A DNA stretch of 64,000 nucleotides from NCBI GenBank assembly GCA_053919585.1, contig CM132796.1, one strand, 5' to 3'. Shown here in pieces: positions 23,529-37,400 of this stretch (position 1 is its first letter; every line of letters starts with the position of its first letter). This DNA comes from Euprymna scolopes. Its lineage: Eukaryota. The notes beneath the pieces were generated by a model that saw only the letters and a list, made by a program, of their open reading frames with translations, had not been told where the DNA came from and did not search any database. The position numbers were made by a program, and so were the translations under genes.

Positions 23529-24900
23529 TAGCATGGGTACCCGGCCTTGCCTGGGTTGACATGATGTTCCGTCAGAAACTCACCTGCTATACTAATCAGT
23601 TTCATCACGTGTAACGTGGATACCCCCAAAACAATTTAAAAAATGAAAGAACGGATAAAAACATGTAAATGTAATCGCCCCCCAAAGTATCTGCAACCTC
23701 TCCACCAGATATTTCGGCAGTAATGCGGGCATTAATTTTTTTATTTTGTTAAATGTGTACTTTAGCGCTGTAAATGAAAAAAAACAGACAAAAAATATGA
23801 AAACTATTTATTTTTATATTGTTAGACCCAAAAGCTGAAATAAAACCCGATTTTTTTAAATTATTTTTTTTATCATGTATATTTATTATTCGGGGCCGCT
23901 ATATTGCTTTTAAAATTTGGCCTTTCTAGAGTTTAGCAGATTGCCCTTTTTAAGTTTTTTCATGAACTATGTTTTTGGCCGCCATATTCTTTTTGTAATG
24001 AAAGGGCGTAAAAAGGCCAGATTTGCCTTAAAAAGCCAATCTACCAAACTTTTAAACGCGTAAGGCGTGCGCATTTATTTTTGTTTTATTTCAGCCTTTG
24101 GGTCTAATAATGTTTTATATAAAAATAAATAGTTCTTATATTTTTTTGTCTGTTTAATAATTTACGCGGCTTAACTACACATGTACCTTTATTTTTTGTA
24201 AGGGCACTGTTTTTACTGGATTTCTTTTTGTAAATAAAATAAATTTTAGATTTGCTTTTTAGGGCGGGATTTCGATTCACTTTTCATTTGTCGTTTTATG
24301 TTTCTAATGCATCCCCCCCCCAATTGAATTTGTTATATTTTGGGCTTTGTTTTGTTAAATAAATGATTAGGTGAAAGTAGAAAATGGTCTCATAAAAAGT
24401 AATTAAATTTATCGTTATTTTATTTTTCCAATGTTATTCCCCCACCCAGTTTTTCCCTCCCCCCTCAATCGCCAAACTTAAAAAAAAAAAATCTTAGAGA
24501 TGACATGTATCGTTGAACGCTTGGTGGCCAAAAAGTGTGTGCTCATTTTACGTTAAATTTATACAGAAAAGTGATCATCCACACTAACATATTGATTTTT
24601 TTAATTGCTAATTTCTTTTTGCACTTTTTTGCACTTCTGCAAACTAATAATATTTATAAAGACCGTTTAAATATATTGGGGGAGGGAGTAGATTTCCATT
24701 TTTAGGGGTTAAACGCCGCTGGGTTACGTCGTATAAAATTACCTTTTTAATTAGAAAATTAAGTTTGTAATCGATGATATTAACGCGAAAAATAAAAAAA
24801 AAAGTGTTAATTGTGTAATTAGAGGGGGTAATTTTTTTAGGTATTAAACGACGGTGAATTACGTGGTCAAAATTTACCGATATCTATATTGCTGTAAGGA
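23528..24900 (-). mobile_element. Helitron-like element with canonical 3' terminus at 23528; far boundary uncertain
   Basis: Minus strand CCCAGGCAAGGCCGGG hairpin, 8 nt, then CTAG|T, adjoining a (TA)n tract. Confidence 0.6.
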
Positions 24901-25440
24901 ATAAAATAAAACAAACAAATGACATATTTTCAGTCTTTTTCGTAAGTGATTTTTTATATTAAAAAAAAAAAACAAAGTCAAACATTTTATTATTTTTCCA
25001 GCTAGAAATATAATGAAATTACCAAATGATATTTGTTAAACGTTTGTTTATTTTATGGATAGCATCTAGAGTCAAATAAATCTAAAAAAAAGGTTTAGAA
25101 ACAGGTCGTGTTGGAAACATTAATTCCAAAATAAATTAAATTTAATATGTTATCAATATAATTGTTGTTTAAATTTATTAAATAACTATTTAAAATAGAA
25201 AATTTAAAATAATTCTCTCGCTAAAAACATTAAATGAGATACCCTATTAGTAAAATCAATTTTTCTTAATGGTATATGCAAATAAGGTGATCACTTAATT
25301 GTATATTTTTCCAAGTATCATACCATATATAGAAATAAATGGAAGATTAGAGTAAGACACGTTTTGTATATATTAATCAAATAGTGAACAAATAAACAGA
25401 CAGAAATACGAATTTATGTATGTATATATATATATATATT

Positions 25441-25680
25441 GTGTACGGCATAATCCCGTTGACACACCGGTTCTCGCCACATCACTGAAGTTAAGCAACA
25501 TTGAGCCTGGCTGACCATTTGGAAATTCTAGGCGCTCATCTCGGCATTGTTTCCGACGTCCTGTGCCTACTCTTGCCACTAGTATGCAACAATGCTTACT
25601 CAGAAGAGGCGTGGTTGGAGACTGCTCAACTCTTACCATACAGTGGATATCCATAGTCTGTCAGGACAGAAGGAAGCCAC
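25441..25680 (+). mobile_element. 5S rRNA-derived SINE (SINE3-like) or 5S pseudogene with unrelated 3' body
   Basis: tacggc-ata...gttga-cacaccggttctcg...atcactgaagttaagcaac.ttgagcctgg follows 5S rRNA. The TTAGTACTTGGATGG segment is deleted. About 130 nt of non-5S body follows, then a (TA/TACA) tail. Confidence 0.75.
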
Positions 25681-25833
25681 ATATACATACACCTATACAT
25701 ATATATATATATATATATACCTATACGTATGTATACACACACGCATATATATGTGTGTGTTTGTATGAGTGTATGTATGTGTGTGTGTTCCTATCTGTAT
25801 GATAAAAGCGAAAATTCTAAAAAGACTGCATTT

Positions 25834-27185
25834 ATTAGTGACATTCAATATGGTTTCCGTTCTGCTAGATCTACAGCAGATGTGCTTACAGTTATATCGC
25901 ATAGGATTAGCAAATCTCTCGACGGTGGCAATCCTTCTAGGGCAATTGCTCTTGACATATCTAAAGCCTTTGATAGGGTATGGCATAAAGGTATACTTCA
26001 TAAGATCGCTAGCTATGGTATAGCTGGAAATGTATTCTCAATTATTAAATCATTTCTTTCTGATAGGTTCATAAGAGTATTAGTTGAGGGGCAAAAATCA
26101 GAAGCTCACAGTATTAATGCCGGTGTCCCTCAGAGGTCCATCCTGGGCCCAACTCTTTTCCTGACCTTCATTAATGATCTTCCAAATCACACCCTTACAT
26201 CATTTGTAGACATTTATGCTGACGACACTACCATTTATGGTAGCACATCTAAGACAGTAAACGACCAAGTTCTCTCCAATTCTCTCTCCTCTGATCTTGA
26301 GCACGTAGTACAATGGGGAAAGGAGTATCTGGTTACTTTTAATGCATCTAAAACCAAGCTTCTCTCTTTACATCATCAACATTCTAATCCACATTTGGCA
26401 TCAATTAAAATGAATGGCTCTCGTCTTCAGGAGGCCTCAAGTTTTGACAAGCTTCTGGGCTTGACCATTACTCCTGATCTTAAATGGAACACGTACATCA
26501 AGTCTGTTGCCAAGGCCGCTGGAAAAATGGTGGGATCTTTCTATCGATCCGGTAAATATCTCACTGCTGATGCTATTCTCTATCTATATAAGAGCCAGGT
26601 ACGTCCAAGGATGGAATACTGTTGCCACATCTGGGCAGGAGCTGCTAGAAAGGACTTGTCCTGCCTTGATAGAGTTCAAAATAGACTTCGTAGCCTCGTA
26701 GGAGATGTCCTTTTCTCCTCCTTGCAACCTCTATCTCACAGAAGAGATGTTGCGAGTTTGTCTCTGATGTATCGTTATTTTCATGGAAAGTGTTCAACTG
26801 AGCATCAATCTATGGTCCCCCCTCGCCAAACTTTCATAAGAAACACTCGTCTAGCTGTAAACACTATCAATAATTCCCCCCACTCTTTATCTGTGCCTAA
26901 ACCTAAACGTAGATTCCATGAACAAAGCTTCTTTCTTAGAACTGCACGCCTGTGGAATTGTCTTCCGTTTTCCTGCTTTCCGGCTGACTACAATATGGTT
27001 GTGTTCAAGTCTAACGTAAATAAGTTCTTGATGAGCCGTTCCGTATAAGTTATTAAATTTACCAAATTCTCATTACTAATGATTACTATATTGTCCAATT
27101 TCTACTGTACACTCTTTAACCCTTATCCTTGAGTGGCCTCTTGGCCTTGATAATGTGGTGATGCCTATGTAAAAAACAAAAATTG
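25834..27185 (+). mobile_element. 5'-truncated CR1/Zenon-like LINE with uninterrupted RT-to-C-terminus frame
   Basis: QYGFR, LDISKAFDRVWH, GVPQRSILGP, YADD, MEYCCHIW; stop at 27048, then the conserved 3' stem-loop and A-rich tail. The predicted ORF start at 25729 lies in microsatellite and is spurious. Confidence 0.95.
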
Positions 27186-27608
27186 AAAATGAACAAAATA
27201 CTGAATAAATCGTGATTTTTGTTAGGATTTAAAGCTAGTATCTGTTATGGTATAATACTTTATCTGTTCCTTTGCCGGAAAGTAAAAGAGACATCTATTG
27301 TAACTGAGGTAATTCTTATTCGTGTCTCCATTTACAGATCAAATCAGATTGAAGTCATAGCAGCTGATCAGCACAGGCGTCACTGTAAGAAGATCTTGGG
27401 ATATATATATACATATATATATATATATTTGTACATTTATAAGCTACACTAAACATCCAAATAGAATGCTTTGACGATACTTACGGTTTTCAAAAAGCGA
27501 ACAATTAAAGGATACATCTGCCTTACTTAAAAATGACTAGGTTTATTTATAGTGTCTTTTACATATAAAAAAAACCCACCCAATACTTTTGCTGATGATA
27601 GGACTTTG

Positions 27609-27668
<60 letters not shown>

Positions 27669-27817
27669 TTATTGTCCGTGGCTTAATGTCTATCAGAATA
27701 AAAAAAATCGTTTCCGAAACGATTGTACAAATGATTGACTTTGTTGTTGTTCCTTCTTCTGAAACAGATTTTTAATTTTTAATTCTAATTTGAATTTTAA
27801 ATTATCAATCACATTAC

Positions 27818-27882
<65 letters not shown>

Positions 27883-28442
27883 ACATCGAAGCGGTCTTGT
27901 TTTTTAATATTTTAATATTTAACGTGGGTATGTCAAAATATGGAATCTGGTTAAAACTATTTTTTCACTTCTATTAGGTAGAATATTTCTGAGTTTAGTG
28001 TGTCAAATGTCTTGCCATTTAGCCCAGCTGAACTTGTAGATTGATGGTACGAGAACTGAGTAGATGATTTTGATATTTATATATTATGAAAACTAGACTT
28101 TTTCAGAAAATAAATCAATCCCGTAAACTTATTTACTTACCTCTCCATGTGGCAAGTATATTTCGTAAATAGAAATGTTGAACAGGTCCCGGAAATAAAA
28201 ATGAATTAATTTCAATTGACAAGCACATAACATATTATTTTAAATAGTTATTTCTATAAAAGATCATACTTTTCTTGAGTGAATTTCTTCAGTGATATTT
28301 GAATAATGCTAATTGTAATTAGAATTTAAAAAGAATCAAATAATTCTCTCGCTTTAGATGTTGGATGGGAGCCGATTAAAAGCAACAAAAGATTAAATAA
28401 TCACTGTGACCGAACTGGTAAGCATCCACACATGTGTATCAA

Positions 28443-31400
28443 AGTGCAGATTCATTACATGGTAGTAAAGAAAATACAGATCAATTACATGGTAATCAAA
28501 AATACAGATCAATTACATGGTAGTAAAACATACAGATCAATTACATGGTAGTAAAGAAAATACAGATCAATTACATGGTAATCAAAAATACAGATAAATT
28601 ACATGGTAGTAAAAAAATACAGATCAATTACATGGTAATCAAAAATACAGATCAATTACATGGTAGTAAAAAAATACAGATCAATTACATGGTAGTAAAG
28701 AAAATACAGATCAATTACATGGTAGTAAAAAATACAGATAAATTACATGGTAGTAAAAAAATACAGATAAATTACATGGTAATCAAAAAAAAAAGATCAA
28801 TTACATGGTAATAAACAATACAGATCAATTACATGGTAGTAAAAAATACAGATCAACTACATTGTAGTAAAGAAAATACAGATCAATTATATGGTAGTAA
28901 AGAAAATACAGATCAATTAAATGGCAGTAAAAAAATACAGATCAATTACATGGTAGTAAAAAAATACAGATCAATTACATGGAAGTAAAGAAAATACAGA
29001 TCAATTACAATGTAGTAAAGAAAATACAGATCAATCACATGGTAGTAAAAAATACAGAACAGTTACATGGTAATCAAAAAATACAGATCAATTACATGGT
29101 AATAAAAAAATACAGAACAGTTACATGGTAATCAAAAAATACAGATCAATTACATGGTAGTAAAAAAATACAGATCAATTACATGGTAATAAAAAAATAC
29201 AGATCAATTACATGGTAATCAAAAAATATAGATCAATTACATGGTAATAAAAAATACAGATCAATCACATGGTAATCAAAAATACAGATCAATTACATGG
29301 TAATCAAAAATACAGATCAATTACATGGTAATAAAAAATAACAGATCAATTACATGGTAATAAAAAAAAATAGATCAATTACATAGTAATCAAAAAATAA
29401 AGATCAATTACATGGTAATCAAAAAATACAGATTAATTACACTGTAATCAAAAATACAGATCAATTACATGGTAATAAAAAAAACAGATCAATTACATGG
29501 TAATCAAAAATACAGATAAATCACATGGTAGTAAAAAAATACAGATCAATTACATGGTAATCAAAAAATATAGATCCATTACATAGTAATCAAAAAAAAA
29601 CGATCAATTACATGGTAATCAAAAATACAGATCAATTACATGGTAATCAAAAAATACAGATCAATTACATGATAATCAAAAAATAAAGATCAATTACATG
29701 GTAATCAAAAATACAGATCAATTACATGGTGGTAAAAAAATACAGATCAATTACATGGTAATCAAAAATACAGATCAATTACATGTTAGTAAAAAAATAC
29801 AGATCAATTACATGGTAATCAAAAATACAGATCAATTACATGGTAGTAAAAAATACAGATCAATTACATGGTAGTAAAGAAAATACAGATCAATTGCATG
29901 GTAATCAAAAATACAGATCAATTACATGTTAGTAAAAAAATACAGATCAATTACATGGTAATCAAAAATACAGATCAATTACATGGTAATCAAAAAATAC
30001 AGATCAATTACATGGTAATCAAAAATACAGATCAATTACATAGTAGTAAAAAAATACAGATCAATTACATGGTAGTAACAAAATACAGATCAATTACATG
30101 GTCATCAAAAATACAGATCAATTACATGGTAGTAAAAAAATACAGATCAATTACATGGTAATCAGAAATACAGATCAATTACATGGTTGTAAAAACCTAC
30201 AGATCAATTACATGGTAGTAAAGAAAATACAGATAAATTACATGGTAATCAAAAAATACAGATCAATTACAAGGTAACTAAAAATACAGATCAATTACAT
30301 GGTAGTAAAAAATACAGATCAATTATATTGTAGTAAAAAAATACAGATCAATTACATGGTAGTAAAGAAAATACAGATCAATTAAATGGTAGTAAAAAAT
30401 ACAGATCAATTACATGGTAGTATAAAAATACAGATCAATTACATGGTAGTAAAAAATACAGATCAATTACAGGGTAGTAAAGAAAATACAGATCAATCAC
30501 ATGGTAGTAAAAAAATACAGATCCATTACATGGTAATCAAAAATACAGATCAATCACATGGAAGTAAAAAATACAGATCAATTACATGGTAGTAAAAAAT
30601 ATAGATCAATTACATGGTAATCAAAACATACAGATCAATTACATGGTAATCAAAAAATACAGATCATTTACATGGTAATCAAAAAAAACAGATCAATTAC
30701 ATTAAAATAAAAAAATAAAGATCAATTACATGGTAATCAAAACATACAGATCAATTACTTGGTGGTAAAAAAATACAGATCAATCACATGGTAGTAAAAA
30801 AATATAGATCAATTACATGGTAATCAAAAAATATAGATCAATAACATGCTAATAAAAAATACAGATCAATCACATGGTAGTAAACAATACAGATCAATTT
30901 CATGGTCGTAAAAAAATGCAGATCAATTACATGGTAATCAAAAATACAGATCAATGACATGGTAGTAAAAATATACAGATCAATTACATGGTGGAAAAAA
31001 ATACAGATCAATTACATGGTAATTAAAAATAAAGATCAACTACATGGTAGAAAATAAATACAGATCAATTACATGGTAATCAAAAAATACAGATCAATTA
31101 CATGGTAGTAAAAAATACAGATCAATTACATGGTAATCAAAAAATACAGATCAATTACATGGTAATCAAAAAATATAGATCAATTACATGGTAATCAAAA
31201 AATACAGATCAATCACATGGTAATCAAAAATACAGATCAATTACATGGTAATCAAAAATACAGATCAATTACATGGTAATAAAAAATAACAGATCAATTA
31301 CATGGTAATCAAAAAATATAGATCAAAAACATAGTAATCTAAAAATAAAGATCAATTACATGGTAATCAAAAAATACAGATTAATTACATTGTAATCAAA

Positions 31401-34400
31401 AATACAGATCAATTACATGGTAATAAAAAAAAACAGATCAATTTCATGGTAATCAAAAATACAGATAAATCACATGGTAGTAAAAAAAATACAGATCAAT
31501 TACATGGTAATCAAAAAATATAGATCCATTACATGGTAATCAAAAAAAAACGATCAATTACATGGTAATCAAAAATACAGATCAATTACATGGTAATCAA
31601 AAAATACAGATCAATTACATGATAATCACAAAATAAAGATCAATTACATGGTAATCAAAAATACAGATCAATTACATGGTGGTAAAAAAATACAGATCAA
31701 TTACATGGTAATCAAAAATAAAGATCAATTACATGGTAGTAAAAAAATTCAGATCAATTACATGGTAATCAAAAATACAGATCAATTACATGGTAGTAAA
31801 AAAATACAGATCAATTACATGGTAGTAACAAAATACAGATCAATTACATGGTCATCAAAAATACAGATCAATTACATGGTAGTAAAAAAATACAGATCAA
31901 TTACATGGTAATCAGAAATACAGATCAATTACATGGTTGTAAAAACCTACAGATCAATTACATGGTAGTAAAGAAAATACAGATCAATTACATGGTTATC
32001 AAAAAATACAGATCAAGTACATGGTAATCAAAAATACAGATCAATTACATGGTAGTAAAAAATACAGATCAATTATATTGTAGTAAAAAAATACAGATCA
32101 ATTACATGGTAGTAAAGAAAATACAGATCAACTAAATGGTAGTAAAAAATACAGATCAATTACATGGTAGTATAAAAATACAGATCAATTACATGGTAGT
32201 AAAAAATACAGATCAATTACAGGGTAGTAAAGAAAATACAGTTCAATCACATGGTAGTAAAAAAATGCAGATCAATTACATGGTAATCAAAAATACAGAT
32301 CAATCACATGGAAGTAAAAAATACAGATCAATTACATGGTAGTAAAAAAATATAGATCAATTACATGCTAATCAAAACATACGGATCAATTACATGGTAA
32401 TCAAAAAATACAGATCAATTACATGGTAATCAAAAAATACAGATCAATTACATTAAGATAAAAAAATAAAGATCAATTACATGGTAATCAAAACATACAG
32501 ATCAATAACTTGGTGGTAAAAAAATACAGATTAATCACATGGTAGTAAAAAAATATAGATCAATTACATGGTAATCAAAAAATATAGATCAATAACATGC
32601 TAATAAAAAATACAGATCAATCACATGGTAGTAAACAATACAGATCAATTACATGGTCGTAAAAAAATGCAGATCAATTACATGGTAATCTAAAATACAG
32701 ATCAATGACATGGTAGTAAAAATATACAGATCAATTACATGGTGGAACAAAAATACAGATCAATTACATGGTAATTAAAAATAAAGATCAACTACATGGT
32801 AGTAAAAAAATACAGATCAATTACATGGTAGTAAAAAAATACATATCAATTACATAGTAATAAAAAATACAGATCAATTACATGGTCATCAAAAAATACA
32901 TATCAATTACATGGTAGTAAAGTAAATACAGATCATTTACATGGTAGTAAAAAAAACAGATCAATTACATGGTAGTAAAAAAATACATCAATTACATGGT
33001 AGTAAAAAATACAGATCAATTACATTGTCATCAAAAATACAGATCAATTACATGGTAGTAAAAAAAAACAGATCAATTACATGGTAGTAAAACAATACAG
33101 ATCGATTACAGGGTAGTAAAAAAATACAGATCAATTACATGGTAATCAAAAAATACAGATCAATTACATGGTAGTAAAAAATACAGATCAATTACATGGT
33201 AGTAAAGAAAATACAGATCAATCATATGGTAATAAAAAATAAATATCAATTACATGGTAAACAAAAATACAGATCAATTACATGGTAATAAAAAATAACA
33301 GATCAATTACATGGTAATCAAAAAAACAGATCAATTACATGGTAATCAAAAATACAGATAAATCGCATGGTAGTAAAAAAAATACAGATCAATTACATGG
33401 TAATCAAAAAATATAGATCCATTACATGGTTATCAAAAAATACAGATCAATTACATGGTAATCAAAAAATACAGATCAATTACATTGTAATCAAAAAATA
33501 CAGATCAATTACATGATAATCAAAAACTAAAGATCAATTGCATGGTAATCAAAAATACAGATCAATTACATGGTAGTACAAAAATACAGATCAATTACAT
33601 GGTCATCAAAAATACAGATCAATTACATGGTAATAAAAAATACAGATCAATTACATGGTAGTAAAAAAATACAGATCACTTACATGGTAGTATACAAATA
33701 CAGATCAATTACATGGTAGTACAAAAATACAGATCAATTACATGGTAATCAAAAATACAGATCAATTACATGGTAGTAAAAAATACAGATCAATTACATG
33801 GTAGTAAAGAAAATACAGATCAATTACATGGTAATCAAAAAATACAGATCAATTACATGGTAATATAAAATACAGATGAATTACAGAGTAGTAATACCAT
33901 ACACATCAATTACATGGTAATGAAAAATACAGATCAATTACATGGTAGTAAAAAAATACAGATCAATTACATGGTAGTAAAGAAAATACAGATCAATTAC
34001 AGGGTAGTAAAGAAAATACAGATCAATTACATGGTAGTAAAAAAATACAGATCAATTACAGGGTAGTAAAGAAAATACAGATCAATTACAGGGTAGTAAA
34101 GAAAATACAGATCAATTACATGGTAGTAAAACATACAGATCAATTACATGGTAGTAAAAAATTCAGATCAATTACAGGGTAGTAAAGAAAATACAGATCA
34201 ATCACATGGTAGTAAATCAATACAGATCAATTACATGGTAATCAAAAATACAGATCAATCACATGGAAGTAAAAAATACAGATCAATTACATGGTAGTAA
34301 AATATATAGATCAATTACATGGTAATCAAAACATACAGATCAATTACATGGTAGTAAAACAATACAGATCAATTACATGGTAATCAGAAATACAGATCAA

Positions 34401-37400
34401 TCACATGGAAGTAAAAAATACAGATCAATTACATGGTAGTAAAAAATATAGATCAATTACATTGTAATCAAAACATACAGATCAATTACATGGTAATCAA
34501 AAAATACAGATCAATTACATGGTAATCAAAAAATACAGATCAATTACATTATAATCAAAAAATACAGATCAATTACATGGTAATCAAAAAATACAGATCA
34601 ATTACATTATAATCAAAAAATAAAGATCAATTACATGGTAATCAAAAATGCAGATCAATTTCATGGTGGAAAAAATATATAGATCAATTACATGGTAATC
34701 AAAAAATACAGATCCATCACATGGTAATCAAAAATACAGATCAATTACATGGTAATCAAAAATACAGATCAATTACATGGTAATAGAAAATAACAGATCC
34801 ATTACATGGTAATCAAAAAATATAGATCAATTACATAGTAATCAAAAAATAAAGATCAATTACATGGTAATAAAAAAATACAGATTAATTACAGTGTAAT
34901 CAAAAATACAGATCAATTACATGGTAATCAAAAAAAACAGATCAATTACATGGTAATCAAAAATACAGAACAATCCCATGGTAGTAAAAAAAATAGAGAT
35001 CAATTACATGGTAATCAAAAAATATAGATCCATTACATGGTAATCAAAAAATACCGATCAATTACATGGTAATCAAAAATACCGATCAATTACATGGTGG
35101 TAAAAAATACAGATCAATTACATGGTAATCAAAAATACAGATCAATTACATTGTAGTAAAAAAATACAGATCAATTACATGGTAATCAAAAATACAGATC
35201 AATTACATGGTAGCAAAAAATACAGATCAATTACATTGTAGTAAAAAAAACAGATCAATTACATGGTAGTAAAGAAAATACAGATCAATTAAATGGTAGT
35301 AAAAAATACAGATCACTTACATGGTAGTATAAAAATACAGATCAATTACATGGTAGTACAAAAATACAGATCAATTACATGGTAATCAAAAATACAGATC
35401 AATTACATGGTAGTAAAAAAAACCGATCAATTACATGGTAGTAAAGAAAATACAGATCCATCACATGGTAATCAAAAAATACAGATCAATTACATTGTAA
35501 TATAAAATACAGATGAATTACATAGTAGTAATACCATACACATAAATTACATGGTAATGAAAAATACAGATCAATTACATGGTAGTAAAAAAATACAGAT
35601 CAATTACATGGTAGTAATGAAAATACAGATCAATTACATTGTAGTATAAAAATACAGATCAATTACATGGTAGTAAAAAAATACAGATTAATTACAGGGT
35701 AGTAAAGAAAATACAGATCAATCACATGGTAGTAAAAAATACAGATCAATTACATGGTAATCAAAAATACAGATAAATCACATGGAAGTAAAAAATACAG
35801 ATCAATTACATGGTAGCAAAAAATATAGATCAATTACATGGTAATCAAAACATACAGATCAATTACATGGTAATCAAAAAATACAGATCAATTACATTAT
35901 AATAAAAAAATAAAAATCAATTACATGGTAATCAAAAATACAGATCAATTACATGGTGGTGAAAAAATACAAATCAATTACATGTTAGTAAAAAAATACA
36001 GATCAATTACATGGTAATCAAAAAATATAAAAAAATACAGATCAATTACATGGTAATAAAAAATACAGATCAATCACAGGGAAGTAAAAAATACAGATCA
36101 ATTACATGGTAGTAAAAAACTATAGATCAATTACATGGTAATCAAAACATACAGAACAATTACATGGTAATCAAAAAATACAGATCAATTACAAGGTAAT
36201 CAAAAAATACAGAAGAAAATAAAGATCAATTACATGGTAATCAAACATACAGATCAATTATATGGTGGTAAAAAAATACAGATCAATCACATGGTAGTTA
36301 AAAAATATAGATCAATTACATGGTAATCAAAAAATACAGATCAATAACATGCTAATAAAAAATACAGATCAATCACATGGAAGTAAAAAATACAGATCAA
36401 TTTTATGGTCGTAAAAAAATGCAGATCAATTACATGGTAATCAAAAATAAAGATCAATTACATGGTAGTAAAAATATACAGATCAATTACATGGTGGAAA
36501 AAAAATACAGATCAATTACATGGTAATTAAAAATAAAGATCAATTACATGGTAGTAAAAAAATACAGATCAATTACATGGTAGTAAAAAAATACAGATCA
36601 ATTACATGGTAGTAAAAAAATACAGATCAATTACATAGTAATAAAAAATACAGATCAATTACATGGTAATCAAAAAAAACAGATCAATTACATGGTAGTA
36701 AAAAAATACAGATCATTTACATGGTAGTAAAAAAATACAGATCAATTACATGGTAGTAGAAAAATACAGATCAATTACATGGTAGTAAAAAAATACAGAT
36801 CAATTACATGGTCATCAAAAATACAGATCAATTATATGGTAGTAAAAAAACAGATCAATTACATGGTAGTAAAAAAATACAGATCAATTACATGGTAGTA
36901 AAAAATACAGATCAATTACATGGTAATCAAAAAATACAGATCAATTACATGGTAATCAAAAAATATAGATCAATTACATGGTAATCAAAAAATACAGATC
37001 AATCACATAGTAATCAAAAATACAGATCAATTACATGGTAATCAAAAATACAGATCAATTACATGGTAAAAAAAAATAACAGATCATTTACATGGTAATC
37101 AAAAAATATAGATCAATTACATAGTAATCAAAAAATAAAGATCAATTACATGGTAATCAAAAAATACAGATTAATTACATTGTAATCAAAAATACAGATC
37201 AATTACATGGTAATAAAAACGAACAGATCAATTTCATGGTAATCAAAAATACAGATAAATCACATGGTAGTAAAAAAAATACAGATCAAGTACATGTTAA
37301 TCAAAAAATATAGATCCATTACATGGTAATCAAAAAAAACCGATCAATTACATGGTAATCAAAAATACAGATCAATTACATGGTAATCAAAAAATACAGA

